Shown here one piece after another: positions 24,241 through 37,900 of a stretch of 64,000 nt of DNA. Position 1 is the stretch's first letter; each line of letters starts with the position of its first letter. Source of the stretch: Haliotis rufescens (Eukaryota); assembly GCF_023055435.1 (NCBI RefSeq), contig NW_025964361.1:31558001-31622000 (forward strand), in the 5' to 3' direction. Both the position numbers and the translations under genes were made by a program. The notes below the pieces were generated by a model. It was not told the DNA's origin. It worked only from the letters and a program-made list of their open reading frames with translations, and made no database searches.

Positions 24241-26930
24241 AGTGTTCGCCAACAGTCAGCATGCTTTGTAGATAGCAGTGTTAGATTGACTGTGTTCGCC
24301 AACAGTCACCATGCTTTTTAGATAGCAGTGTTAGATTGACTGTGTTCGCCAACAGTCACCATGCTTTTTAGATAGCACTGTTAGATTGACTGTGTTTGCC
24401 GACAGTCACCATACTTTGTAGATAACACTGTTAGATTGACTGTGTTCGCCGACAGTCACCATGCTTTTTAGATAGCACTGTTAGATTGACTGTGTTTGCC
24501 GACAGTCACCATACTTTGTAGATAACACTGTTAGATTGACTGTGTTCGCCGACAGTCACCATGCTTTTTAGATAGCAGTGTTAGATTGACTGTGTTCGCC
24601 AACAGTCACCATGCTTTGCAGATAGCACTGTTAGATTGACTGTGTTCACCAACAGTCTTCATGCTTTGTAGATAGCAGTGTTAGATTGACTGTGTTCGCC
24701 GACAGTCACCATGCTTTGTAGATAGCAGTGTTAGATTGACTGTGTTCACCAACAGTCACCATGCTTTGTAGATAGCAGTGTTAGATTGACCGTGTTCGCC
24801 GACAGTCACCATGCTTTGTAGATAGCAGTGTTAGATTGACTGTGTTCAACAACAGTCACCATGCTTTGCAGATAGCACTGTTAGATTGACTGTGTTCACC
24901 AACAGTCACCATGCTTTGTGGATAGCAGTGTTAGATTGACTGTGTTCACCAACAGTCACCATGCTTTTTAGATAGCAGTGTTAGATTGACAGTGTTCGCC
25001 AACAGTCACCATGCTTTGCAGATAGCACTGTTAGATTGACTGTGTTCACCAACAGTCTTCATGCTTTGTAGATAGCACTGTTAGATTGACTGTGTTCGCC
25101 GACAGTCACCATGCTTTGTAGATAGCAGTGTTAGATTGACTGTGTTCACCAACAGTCACCATGCTTTGTAGATAGCACTGTTAGATTGACTGTGTTCGCC
25201 AACAGTCACCATGCTTTGTAGATAGCAGTGTTAAATTGACCGTGTTCACCAACAGTCACCATGCTTTGTAGATAGCAGTGTTAGATTGACCGTGTTCGCC
25301 GACAGTCACCATGCTTCGTAGATAGCAGTGTTAGATTCACTGTGTTCGCCGATAGTCACCATGCTTTGTAGATAGCAGTGTTAGATTAACTGTGTTCGCC
25401 AACAGTCACCATGCTTTGTAGATAGCACTGTTAGATTGACTGTGTTCGCTGACAATCACCATGCTTTGTAGATATCAGTGTTAGATTGACTGTGTTCGCC
25501 GACAGTCACCATACTTTGTAGATAGCAGTGTTAGATTGACTGTGTTCGACGACAGTCACCATGCTTTGTAGATAGCAGTGTCAGATTGACTGTGTTCACC
25601 AACAGTCACCATGCTTTGTAGATAGCACTGTTAGATTGACTGTGTTCACCAACAGTCACCATGCTTTGTAGATAGCAGTGTTAGATTGACTGTGTTCAAC
25701 AACAGTCACCATGCTTTGTAGATAGCACTGTTAGATTGACTGTGTTCGCCGACAGTCACCATGCTTTGTAGATAGCACTGTTAGATTGACTGTGTTCGCC
25801 GACAGTCACCATACTTTGTAGATAGCAGTGTTAGATTGACCGTGTTCGCCGACAGCCACCATGCTTTGTAGATAGCAGTGTTAGATTGGCTGTGTTCGCC
25901 GACAGTCACCATGCTTTGTAGATAGCACTGTTAGATTCACTGTGTTCGCCGACAGTCACCATACTTTGTAGATAGCACTGTTAGATTCACTGTGTTCGCC
26001 AACAGTCACCATACTTTGTAGATAGCACTGTTAGATTGACAGTGTTCGCCGACAGTCACCGTGCTTTGTAGATAGCAGTGTTAGATTGACTGTGTTCGCC
26101 GACAGTCACCATACTTTGTAGATAGCACTGTTAGATTGACTGTGTTCGCCAACAGTCACCATACTTTGTAGATAGCACTGTTAGGTTGACTGTGTTCGCC
26201 AACAGTCACCATGCTTTGTAGATAGCAGTGTCAGATTGACTGTGTTCACCAACAGTCACCATGCTTTGTAGATAGCACTGTTAGATTGACTGTGTTCACC
26301 AACAGTCACCATACTTTGTAGATAGCAGTGTCAGATTGACTGTGTTCAATAACAGTCACCATGCTTTGTAGATAGCACTGTTAGATTGACTGTGTTCGCC
26401 GACAGTCACCATGCTTTGTAGATAGCAGTGTTAGATTGACTGTGTTCGCGACAGTCACCATACTTTGTAGATAGCACTGTTAGATTGACTGTGTTCGCCG
26501 ACAGTCACCATGCTTTGTAGATAGCAGTGTTAGATTGGCTGTGTTCGCCGACAGTCACCATGCTTTGTAGATAGCACTGTTAGATTCACTGTGTTCGCCG
26601 ACAGTCACCATGCTTTGTAGATAGCACTGTTAGATTGGCTGTGTTCGCCGACAGTCACCATGCTTTGTAGATAGCACTGTTAGATTGACTGTGTTCGCCA
26701 ACAGTCACCATACTTTGTAGATAGCACTGTTAGATTCACTGTGTTCGCCAACAGTCACCATACTTTGTAGATAGCACTGTTAGATTCACTGTGTTCGCCG
26801 ACAGTCACCATGCTTTGTAGATAGCAGTGTTAGATTGACCGTGTTCACCAACAGTCACCATGCTTTGTAGATAGCAGTGTTAGGTTGACTGTGTTCGCCA
26901 ACAGTCACCATGCTTTGTAGATAGCAGTGT
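24241..26930. repeat. Minisatellite, 50-bp unit, ~54 copies
   Basis: Unit tgtgttcgccgacagtcaccatgctttgtagatagcagtgttagattgac. Confidence 0.98.
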
Positions 26931-27369
26931 TCATCCCTGGTTATGTATCTGACTCATGCGTCCTCCCAGACACGGCCTTTCATGAAGAATCTAATGTTTA
27001 GTTCTGTGTAGATCCTCTGACATAATTGATGTGTAGACAGAGAAGGGCCAGACATTTATCACATAGATCAACACGGACACTGATTGTTATTCACATTCTT
27101 TTCCTAAATGATTTAAGGATTCAACACGGATCACGGCAACCAGCCATATACATGTATCTAAAGTTGACACTACTTGATTGCAAATGTGTGTTCATTGGCA
27201 CAACCCTCTATACCATTTTCTATACCAAGTCGAAAACTCAAAACAACTTTTGGCTTATTTATTTACGTACATATACGTCTGTAAACTATCCGAACATAGC
27301 TCCGAAGTGTATGGATTAATGTGCTTAGCGTGATTAATTACATGCTTCTTTTATCAATGGGGCTAACAT

Positions 27370-27600
27370 GATTACAAACAGACATAACTGCAATGTTACA
27401 TGTGGCATGCAAATGTATTTAGCTATTTTTGTGATCGAAAACAGAATGCCCCTTGCCGGATATGCAACGCATGTCTTCATCGTCCTTCCCAGCAAGTTGT
27501 ATACAGTGAGCCATCTTGCAATGACAAATATTGCGATAGACGAACACAATGACTAACATGTTCCCGTCTCCTGATTGACAGGAAGCAAGAACAGATGTGG
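27370..27600 (+). pseudogene. Decayed F-type lectin remnant, paralog set e
   Basis: HVFIVLPSKLYTVSHLAMTN, resembling W..VDL...Y.V..V.ITN; DNA match to 34780-34980 and partly 41915-42010. Confidence 0.3.
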
Positions 27601-27749
27601 TGTTCACAATACATACTTGGAATTGGTAAGGATATATACAGGCAACGCATGTCAACGCTGTCCATACCAGACTATTTATAGTTATAGATATTCAGTAAGA
27701 CGGACTAGCACTGACAATATGTTAAAAGAAGGTAGCCATTCGGGTCATA

Positions 27750-28110
27750 TATACACATCACTGACAGTTTAATTCAATACTTCAAACTGCTTTCCCTGTT
27801 TTATTAACTGTAGACTACTGATGGCAAGCTCGCTACTGAGAGGAGAGTAGCTTCAAAGCGCCAACGCCAGAGAAGAATTAGTCTCAATTATCTGCCGAAA
27901 CAGATTCCAGTGGGTGTAAAAGGCAAATTAGTAATGAAAATTTCATGAATGGCCGATTTTGGTCCTCAAGATTTTTGGAAGGCAAGCACTGGATCATAAT
28001 GGAGATTGATACCTTTGTGGGGTATGTCATCAGTGACATATTACTTTTGGACCATAATGCGGTCAGATTCTGGTTTTCTTTTAAATATTGGAAGAATAGA
28101 TCGATGATCA
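27750..28110 (-). pseudogene. Decayed F-type lectin exon, paralog set a copy 5, interrupted by a Penelope-like module at 27858-27950
   Basis: NLTALWSKSNMS; invariant cagtttaattcaata; colinear with 1840-2100. Confidence 0.45.
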
Positions 28111-28609
28111 CACATTTATAAGGCATCATCCGCTGTTAACCACGCTCTTCTAACATACTCTCTACAAACATACTCGCCCTTTCTTGACTTTTCACTTCTG
28201 ATGAATAATATTTTATAATAAATATGATGTTTCAAATCTGAAAGCAAATGGCATAGCGACATGATGAACTAAGCACAAATTATATATTATCTTCGTTTAA
28301 TAATAATCAGAATTTTTAACCTGTTAAGATGCCATATTGGCTTATGATGTTTCCTCTTGTGTCGTCACATCAAATCATTCCGTTTTTAGATTGAGGTAGT
28401 CAAGTATTTGTGTCCCTAAAGTATTGAAGATTTATAACGGGAAAGTGAGTTACAAAACATAATAAAGGCCATGAAGGTTCAGGTCTTGAGAGAATAAAGA
28501 GAGTCACTTAAAGTTAAGAGAGTATTTTACATAGATATGACAACACTGAATTAAAGGCAATGATAATACTACACAAATGGGGTTTTTTAAAGTACAGAAA
28601 ACATGAACA

Positions 28610-29660
28610 TTTAATCGAAAACACCCTTTCCATATTCATAAGAAATCTCTGCAAAAAGCACTATGTCATGATCTTGTGTTTATGAATCACTGATACAGGA
28701 GTTAGCGAAAAGGTGAGCGCGACATGCCCTACCGGTGACACCCGTCAGAAACACATGCAAAGGCAAGACAATTGTTCACCTGAAAAACATTTGCGCATTA
28801 TGGTACGAGTCAAATTAGGCAACTGCATTGGAGATCATTTGTGTCACTGATGCGTCAAATATGGAAATGTGGTGCACGTGTCTACCATAAAACCTTTTCA
28901 TAGCTTTTTATAACCCAGATCAATCAACTTTTGAGTCGTCTCATGCTCTTTGAAATCTTGGTAAATAGAGCATGCTTGACTGTTTTTAAATGTTGATACC
29001 AGACGGTGGCGTTGCTGGAATATTGCTCGACATAAAGGGAAAGTTGGCTATTGGAAATGTGCTGTCATCCCTCTTGTCATATAGTCTTGTGGAGAAGTCT
29101 TTCATTGAACCTTAAGTTACACTAAGTCTTCCTGGACGAATTCCCTTGTTTGTATTTTGCCAATTCGAATAGGAATTCCTATTCATATGCATAAAGTAAC
29201 AGATCAGTAAGAAGGGAGCACAATTGGTGGCCATGAGGATACCTACTTATTGCCTAAATATCTTACCCCCAAATATCACTTTAGTTATATGTTATCAATG
29301 AGAAAGTCTAGATTTTCACATACTGTTTTCTCGGTAAAAGTTGCTTTCAATTTGACAAATTGTCCTGAACCTCTGAAAATAGATATATAAGAAATGCCCC
29401 ATGGATTGAACTTTTTCCTTTAGTTTGTCCTATGAGATAGTGGTGTACAAAGCTGTCAAAAATGTTTTGACGGAATTGAAGTTGGTTGCAAAAATTCAAG
29501 CATAAAAGATTATCCTTTGAGCTATCGAGAATCCACATGGTATTAATTCCACGTGTCTCAAATACTTTCTGTGAATACAAAGAACGTCCTTCATTGATTG
29601 TATTAAGGGTTATGGTTAATCTTTGAGACAGGTGTTTGGTGGTATACAACGATGTGCATC
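28610..29660 (-). mobile_element. Degenerate Penelope-like retroelement (RT plus type B 3' module)
   Basis: GINTMWIL..GILMATNCAP..STRLYDKRD followed by ggtgtcaccggtagggc.. 3' module. Confidence 0.8.
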
Positions 29661-31019
29661 TCTAGAGTACAGAAATCACATCAAGTCGATCAGTCAACAT
29701 GACATGACTTCTGTTTTGCTTGTACATTCTGGCAAAGGCCATTTTACAATGCTACTGCGCCAATAGCATACAAAAGAACAAACACAACAGCTACATTTGT
29801 TTCAATGTTATATGTTCAGGGTGATAGGGTGACTTGCAATCGTCACTGAAGCTCCTGGGTCGTACCACAAAGCGATCGTTGCGCTAAGGCGACCGAAACT
29901 CCCATATTTTAACATAGATTTCCAACAGTCGATTTGAGGAATGGGCCCCAGGAACTACTTCAGCCATTTTCCTTCGATGAAGAACTTGTCTGTGTAGTTA
30001 AACGAACCTCAACCTGTCAGTCTAGGATATACCTACTAATTTCTGTTTACTTACATATATTCATCGCTATTCAATGATCAAAGCAGCAATTGGTTATTCG
30101 AGAGTGGAATGCAAAGACCGCAGTTCAAAGTACGTCCCCCGAAGAGTGAGGTATTACTCACTGCATGAACAGACACAGTGTTCCAAATAGAGTTTGTTTA
30201 AAAAAGATCTGCTGCTAATTAAAGCTGTTTCTGACTTAAATTCCTCGAATCAATAACTCAAATGATAGAACAACATTTGATAGTAACATGTCAGTTCCAC
30301 CTAATGTCAAAGCTCCTTCATGAAGGAAGAAAAGCAATTTAAACAATCTGACATAGTTTCGTTGATTGATAACATATCATTATTTAGTGAAGAATGGTTG
30401 ATATTTCAGGCAATGATATTTTCCAAAAGCAATTAGGATGGGGTTTTTAAGCAAATAGTTGTATTGTTGTCTGTGTATGCAATACACATTAACTAAATTC
30501 ATTATCATTCATGTACATAATAAATAAATAAAAGCACACTTCCCGATCAAATATATTTACTTGTTTAACATTTTCCTTGGTATATTTTAGCTAATCTATT
30601 ACCTAAAATGTAACATATTATTGGTAAAAATACTACCTGTTAGTACAGGCCATACAACTTTCATTCTGAGCCTTCAAATACGCCACATAACCTGCCCTTC
30701 CTAATTCATTTTTATAGCCAAGAAGATTTCCATGCTGGCAATCACGATCAAACAGATACTCTCTCTGCATGAATTAAACTGAAGCTGTCGTGTTTGTTAT
30801 CTCTGATCAACCTAACCAACTTGCACTTTCTTATACATACCACAATGTCTCTGTCATAACTCCTAATATAAGTTCAGAGATAGAGTTAGCATTGGACTGT
30901 CAATCTTATATCTCTATAACCATGTTTTTATTATATGATGTCAATGTGTCTAAGTCTCTCCGAATCATCTATTGCCCTACTTTGAACCACAGGGGCGGTG
31001 GGGTGAACTCATGGATTTA

Positions 31020-31162
31020 GATACAAGCGACAAAGCCATTTCAATGGTGATCAGAAATATCTGCAAAAAGCAGATTCCTTTGTACGATTGATTTCAGCTA
31101 TAGCATAAGCATGTGTGAATGAATCACTATCAGTTAGTGATGATACCAGATGTTCATGAAAC
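31020..31162 (-). mobile_element. Penelope-like element 3' module, type B
   Basis: aagcgacaaagccatttc..gaatcactatc..gtgatgataccagatgttc. Confidence 0.6.
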
Positions 31163-31829
31163 CATATTGAAAAATCCATTCCGTCCTAAGCTAACTAGAT
31201 CCGATCGTCATTGATAATTTATAGACACCACTTTTCCTGTCTTTATCCCTCAGCCACATGTCATGGAAACATTCTGTAAAACATAATAAGTTTGCTTTCA
31301 ATGATCGAGCATGGTAAAGACAACACATGTGTTCTATCATCCATATAATGACACACCTATATTTGCGTATGTAGGAACACCATTGTCATTAATTTCGATT
31401 ATATACACTGTCCAGTTTTCGACTGATAAACGTTCAGACTATTTCAACAAAACTGCGGTATTTACATTATTTATTCATCATGTATATGTTGCATTGTTAG
31501 AAAAGCATTTTTAGGCGCCCACATTGCGGAACGGACTGCAAACTTTCTGAAGGAATGACAAACTCTCTAAAGAAATGTTCCATCACTGGACTTTTTCAGA
31601 TCCATACTAAAAAAACTCATCTATTCCAGCTTTTTTCCTCATGTTAGTTTCAATAGTGTCACCATTTCTCATCAACCCAGTCATAATCTATCCATTCTTC
31701 CTTTGTATATAATTTTCATACATTGGTACATTGTGGCGCTTTGAGCATGCTTCGATCAACGGGTGGATTATAGCGAATCACAAATACATGTATCCATTAT
31801 TATTAACGGATAAAATTTAAAAAATGCTG

Positions 31830-32530
31830 CAAAAAGGGTTTGGATGATCCTGGTACAATCAGGCTGGTTAGGCGCATCATCATCTCAGGGCCCTTGCTCC
31901 CTCTACACGCAGCCCAGACAGAGAATGGGACTTCTCCCAGGAAGCGCTGCCTTGTCGTACCTGCCAAGAACTTTTCGGAGAATGTGAATACTCCCCAACA
32001 CTGCAGCCTTCTGCATTGGCCAGATTGTCAGGAGGGGTGTATTCCTGGCAGCAAACACGGGTATTCCCCCAACGTCAGTCAACAGATTGGGAGGTACCAA
32101 ACCTAAGGCACCGAGAACAATGGGGAGTCGGACAACGCATATTTGCCATGTTTTTCCTGAATCTTGTCAATCACATTCGTGTCAAAAGGGACAGAAAATT
32201 CAATGATATAAAATGATTTCATTGGATTAACAAAAAGGACAAGATCAGGTTTGTTGGCCTGGATAGGTATGGGGCTGTACACGGGCCTATTCCAAAGAAT
32301 TTTGTATTTATCATTTTCCATGACGCGGTCTACATATTCTGGGTCGTACCATGAATGGACCTCTGAGTCAAAGCACAAGTATGGCGAAGACAGTAATGAA
32401 AAGATCGCGCAATCATGTCGCTTAAGATAATGTGTTTGTGCCAAAGCTGGGCATCCACTGACAATGTGTTGGTAGTCTCATTAGATTCATTGCATCTTCT
32501 ACATTACATATTAATAATTTAATGCAAAAT
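31830..32530 (-). mobile_element. Non-LTR retrotransposon 3' fragment with restriction-like endonuclease, R4/Dong-like
   Basis: CRRC..ET..HIVSGCPALAQTHYLKRHD (CCHC plus RHD), KILW, ANKPDLV, IIEFSVP, EKHGKY, QKAAVLGSIHILRKVL; frameshifted. Confidence 0.9.
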
Positions 32531-34269
32531 CGAGTTCGAGTTCGAAGTGACTGGTCCTGGGTAGATTTCATCTAAGCGAAGGACTCTGCAGGGTTGCTGT
32601 CCCTATCAACACAGTTCACATTAACTCGATGCAATTGTCGTTCAGATAGCCTCTCCTTGAAAAGCTGAGTCTAGGCTGATTTAATATGACTCTTCTCTCG
32701 ACTGACACTCATTTCTGTACCGTCCAGCAGTACAGAACCACATCTAGTTTAAACAATACTGTAGAATGCCTTGTTTTCATCATGAGGTATTAGTAGTACT
32801 AGCAGTAAACAAATTCTAATACTGTAACAGAATTATGTCATGAGTGAGTAAATATAGTATTACACCACAGTCGACAGTTTCCCATCCATTTAACGACAGA
32901 CAAGGACACGAGCAGCAAACCATATTCCGACCCGGAATACCCAGGGAACATGTGTGTTGTAGATCAGTTTTGAAACACATCTACTCAAACAGTTTTGTAT
33001 GGAGAAGGAAAACAATCACTTTTACACATAATACCAGCAAAGAATGAGAGCTACAGAGAATGTACATGTTGCAATATGTTGGAGATATGAAATTTATGTA
33101 TGCACTGACGTTGCTTTATCTGCACGGACCTCGAAATGTAAGGATAGCAATCACATAACGCCTCAGTAAAGTGTGCAGTTTGTTCTGCAACACTGTGTTA
33201 AATGCAGTTTTTCCCAACATTGATAAATCCAACGTCCAGATCAATCCCCGATAGTCCTGTTTGTCAAGTAATATTCTGTGCATTTATTGCCCATTTGCCA
33301 AGAAAGGAAACACTTGCTGACAGGAAGCTGTAACATAAAAATTAACCACTGACAAATATAAATGTAAAGATCAGATTATTTCATCAATCCAATTGTCAAT
33401 TCCTTGTTTGCTTAGTTGGGGGTAGGGGAGGGTTCAATGTGACATGGAAAATAGGTTATTGAGTATGAAGCAAATTATTCTTTTTTTCTAGCTAGATTAA
33501 ACTGTAACAATGCAATAAAGTCATAAAAATGAATCCTTGTATTCTATGGCTAAAAAATTTCGTGAGGTATTAGGTAACAGGTATAGGTATAATAACGGTT
33601 ATTTTATCGTGGGAAATTTGTTCTCTCAGTGAGGCTGAGTGACTTGCTTCGAATTTGATGGCATGGAGATGTTTCAAAAGGGTTAAATTATACATCGACT
33701 ATGTTCGCCCAATCTCCATGCCTTGTAGACAGAAGGGTTACATTATACATAGACAGTTCGCCCACAGTCGTGCTGCTGACTCGTCCGACCTTCCAGCCAC
33801 TACCTTTCGTGAAAGATCTATCTAATGTTTAAATAAATCTAGATGCTTTGACATAATTTGTTGTGTAGACAGAGAAGGGACAGACATTTATCACATAGAT
33901 CAACAGGGGAAGTAATTAATATTCACATTCTTTGACTTACTGATTTAAGGATTCAAGTCAGATCACATCAAACAGACAATGTAGTCTAATACATGGCTAG
34001 ATTGTCAACTCTTTACCTTATTTATAGGACTATATGTATAACATAGATGTCGCAAATTTAGAAGGAAACATTTCCTCTTGTTTCGATTTACTGATACGAC
34101 TGTGCACTCCAAAACAGATGCCATGTTTCATCCTGAATAGGTTTTAACAATCGTTCGGTTTATAACACTTGAATCGCTGCTCTTCAGTCCTCATACATGT
34201 AACATTTTATAACATCACAATGTGGCATTTCAATGTTTATTCGGCGTCATTGTACTATTCCGATTATAT

Positions 34270-34470
34270 CATAAGCGCGTTTATGAATCAGTATCAATCA
34301 CTACCAGGTTTTTCGCGAAACGATAAGCGTATACTACCCCACACGTGGACCAGTTACAAACACATGCAAAGTCAAGTCAACAGTTCACCTGAAAAAAGCA
34401 AGGAAAACATATGGTAAAAATTGGGAATTGCATGTAACATTTCATGTTCAAAAATAGTCATATGGACATG
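34270..34470 (-). mobile_element. Penelope-like element 3' module, type B
   Basis: ccaggtttttcgcgaaa..caaacacatgcaaagtcaagtcaacagttcacctgaaaaa. Confidence 0.6.
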
Positions 34471-35010
34471 TCACACCTAAACGATAAACGATCACATATA
34501 ATTCTTCTGTCCTGACGAGCGATATTTCTTCTAGAAGCTCTACGTTATTCCTGTTAAAGTTCTACTTTACTGATGTGGTGCTCAAGAAATGTACGAAGTC
34601 ATGCAACTGACAGGACTCGAACTGCGCTTTGTCACTTCTTGTTTTTAACTATCAGCATCATCAAGGACCGTGATCCTAACCGTTAATGGTTGATTAAACA
34701 AAAAAGACACGCTAGATTAATGGTGTTTAAAGTGATTAAACACATGCCTCTTTTATCAGTGGTTTAAAGTGATTAAACACAGACACAACTGCAATGTTAC
34801 ATGTGACATGCAAATTTATTTAGCTATTTTCGATCGGAACAGAATGGCCTGAGCGGTAAAAGTAACGCATGTCAGCACTGTCCATGCTAGCAAATTGTGT
34901 ACTGTGAGCCTATAGGGTCATATGGTTTCAGAAATATCCAATGATGGTGACAACGTACCGTCTTTCTAGATTGACAGACGGGCTAGCATTGTACGTATAA
35001 AGAGTATCCA

Positions 35011-35170
35011 ATGAGTGAGTGAGTCAATTTGGTTTATCGCCGCTGTGAACAGTATTTCATTTACATCAAGGCTTGTCAGTTTGATGTGGGAGGAAAGCCG
35101 GAAGTGATGCAGGTCTTTGACGTTACGTCTTTGGTGAAACCCACAAATACTGGCATGTTTTTGACAAACG
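35011..35170 (-). mobile_element. SINE family 4, 3' part
   Basis: Matches 5810-5980. Confidence 0.75.
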
Positions 35171-35254
35171 TTAAGCAACGTTAACATTGTTAAAACTGAC
35201 ACAGCATGGTCACTATATAACACACTGTCGTAAAGCCTTGTCACATCGTATAAA

Positions 35255-35495
35255 TGAGAGCGTGAGTTTGGTTTAACGCCGCTTTTAACAGTATTCCAGT
35301 TATATCACGGCGTGTCAACTTAATGTGGGAGGGAAGCCCGAAGTGATGCAGGTCTCAGACGTTTACCATTTCGGTGAAACCCACGAGCACGGGTATGGTG
35401 CTGACAAACCTAGAAACATGATCGTAGCGAACAGGGATTCGAACCCACAATCATAGGCTTTTGGCGTGCCCAAGGGACGCAATTGCAACTGTGCC
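35255..35495 (-). mobile_element. SINE family 4, lacking its extreme 5' end
   Basis: Matches 5830-6058 including gggattcgaacccac. Confidence 0.85.
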
Positions 35496-35705
35496 ACATG
35501 TACGGGTCCTCGTACACGGTTTTGACTTGAATAAAGGCACATACATCTGATCACAATGGACTGCAGGCTGCATATCTCAGATGTGAGTCAGCCCCAGCTG
35601 CACCTGGATGCAGTTCGATGGTCAAGTCAGCACTCACAAAGCGTGTTAGTCTTTTCTGCAAGTCAGATCACCAACTGCGAATCATGTTTCCTTACATGCA
35701 TATTC

Positions 35706-35838
35706 AACACGTCAACGCCAGGATATAATCAGTCTCGAGTATCAGCCGAAACAGATTCCTTACAGTAAAAGGGAAAATAGAGATGAACCTGAATATGAAC
35801 GGATAATTGAAATCAGTGATGACACAAGGTGTTCGTTA
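35706..35838 (-). mobile_element. Penelope-like element 3' module, type A
   Basis: acgtcaacgccagg..gccgaaacagattcc..aatcagtgatgacacaaggtgttcg. Confidence 0.65.
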
Positions 35839-36061
35839 AGATGTGGCGTTCACAATAAATAAATGTTTTATGGTTGCTAAATATGAAACAAACAAGAAAT
35901 GGTTGTTCGGTGGTGTATTTGATTTGACCGGTATCATAGGCGGTATCAAATTTTCCTTTTCAATGTAGTATCCCAGCTTAGCAACGCTTTGATAACGTTA
36001 ACATGTTTGGGTCAAATCCAATTTTCATGTGTATACTTTCTTTTGCCCGGTAGTTTAAATA

Positions 36062-36295
36062 GGTATGCTTGAGGTAGCTGATATAATATCAAGTATGAAG
36101 ATTGAACAATTATATAGAGCTCTTGTTGATGGACTTTTCAGAGAGAGACCTATCACACTAGAAGAATGGTACAGTATACACGTGAATACAACACATCCGG
36201 AACACCTACTGAAGTCGATGACTGGGGGTGCTGATGAAGCTGCATTTGTGCAATTGATGTTCAGTAATCCAATTCAGTTATTGATATGTTATTCC
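36062..36295 (+). pseudogene. Decayed F-type lectin domain N-terminal half
   Basis: ISSM..YRALVDG..SIH..P..then EVDDWG in a shifted frame; followed by a type B module at 36308-36440. Confidence 0.45.
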
Positions 36296-36759
36296 ATAAG
36301 TTTATGGAAATAAAGGCGACAAAACTCTTTCCATATTCATAAGAAATATCTGCCCCAAACAGAGTCGATTGTACTTTTCCGACTATGTCATGAGCATGTG
36401 TGTATGAATCACTGTCACATAGTGAGGATACCAGGTGCCAATAAATATAACATTCAAGAGTTTGAGACATACATTGTCTGATTCAGGGTAGATTATAACT
36501 AAGAGTGACTCGCATATTTATTTCATGATATAATAATGGTATAAATATCGTTAAAAATAAAAAACTGTATTTGATTGTCATAAACTACTGTAACATCATA
36601 TGAAGATGATAGGTATAACGGAAAGCCATGCACTTGTCGAGCTTTATGATACAACTCAGAGTGTCCACATGCCACCACTGAGTCTTCCCGAACCAAATAT
36701 TTCCCTTTTGTTACCCCTGGTACCATAGGGACGGTGGGGTGAACAACTGGTTTTAGACA

Positions 36760-37580
36760 AAAGCGACAAAACCATTTCCATTTTGATAAGAACTTTCTAC
36801 TGAAAGCAGGTACCATTTTACGATTACGACCATATCATAAACATGTGTTTATGAATCACTATCAAAAAGTGATGATACAAAGTATTCGCGTGAGCGCCTT
36901 CTGTCCCACCGGTAGCACCTGTTAAACCATTTCCATTGTGATAAGAACTTTCTACTGAAAGCAGGTACCATTTTACGATTACGACCACATCATAAACATG
37001 TGTTTATGAATCACTATCAAAAAGTGATGATACAAAGTGTTCGCGTGAGCGTCTTCTGTCCCATCGGTTGCACCTATCACAAACACACGCAATGGCAAGT
37101 CAGCTGTTCACCTGCACACAACACGGAAACATATGGTACAAGGGAAAGTGGGGAATTGCATCGAACATCATTTTAAGCGCTGATGCATCAAATTTGGATA
37201 TGTCCTCTGCATGTCCACAATTGAAAGCTGTACTACGGCCTTGAATGTTGTAACCCTGATCACACAACTTTGTGCAGGAGTCGTATGCTGCTCTTTGAAA
37301 TCTTCATTGAAAGAGCATGTTCGAGTGTACCCCGAAAGAGAGTTGAAATCATCCTTCTTGTCATACAGTCGAGCGTGTATTTTCTGTCACCCTGTATCTC
37401 TCTGCATATATCTATATATGAAACAGAAGAGGCGATTTCACCGGTGTCATATATTTCTTGTCCCGGGGGGTAAGTGGAAGGCAACTGGCTTTTTAACAAT
37501 TATTGAACAATATCTCATTATCGATATACCTCAATAAGTTCAAATTCTTGGCCAAATTCCTTCGTTTCGATTTAGCCAAT
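36760..37580 (-). mobile_element. Penelope-like RT C-terminal remnant plus tandemly duplicated type B module
   Basis: RLYDKKDDFN at ~37345-37372; ~156-bp direct duplication 36770-36925 / 36926-37080. Confidence 0.75.
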
Positions 37581-37724
37581 CCGAGTTAAACCATATGCTT
37601 GGAAATGAATAAATGTGAATATTGCATTGCCTCTTGTCACCATGATGCGCGATACATGTCCCATGCTATGACCCTTACATTTTCTCTCCGCCTTACTCAC
37701 TGTACTTTGTATATAATGAAAATG

Positions 37725-37900
37725 GGTTAGTGGCGGGTGCTACAAATAGAACAGGACATGCTTCGCCCTTTGCGAACGCCAAGTGTCATCACTGCTTTTC
37801 AGTGGTATACATGTATTTGTCATCACTGTTGTGCCTTTTTATGCCCTATGGGATCTGTTACGGAATATATTCGATCTAGATGGGGTTTGTGGTGTCAACA
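37725..37900 (+). mobile_element. Penelope-like element 3' module, type A
   Basis: gtggcgggtgctac..caggacatgct..gcgaacgccaagtgtcatcactg. Confidence 0.6.
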
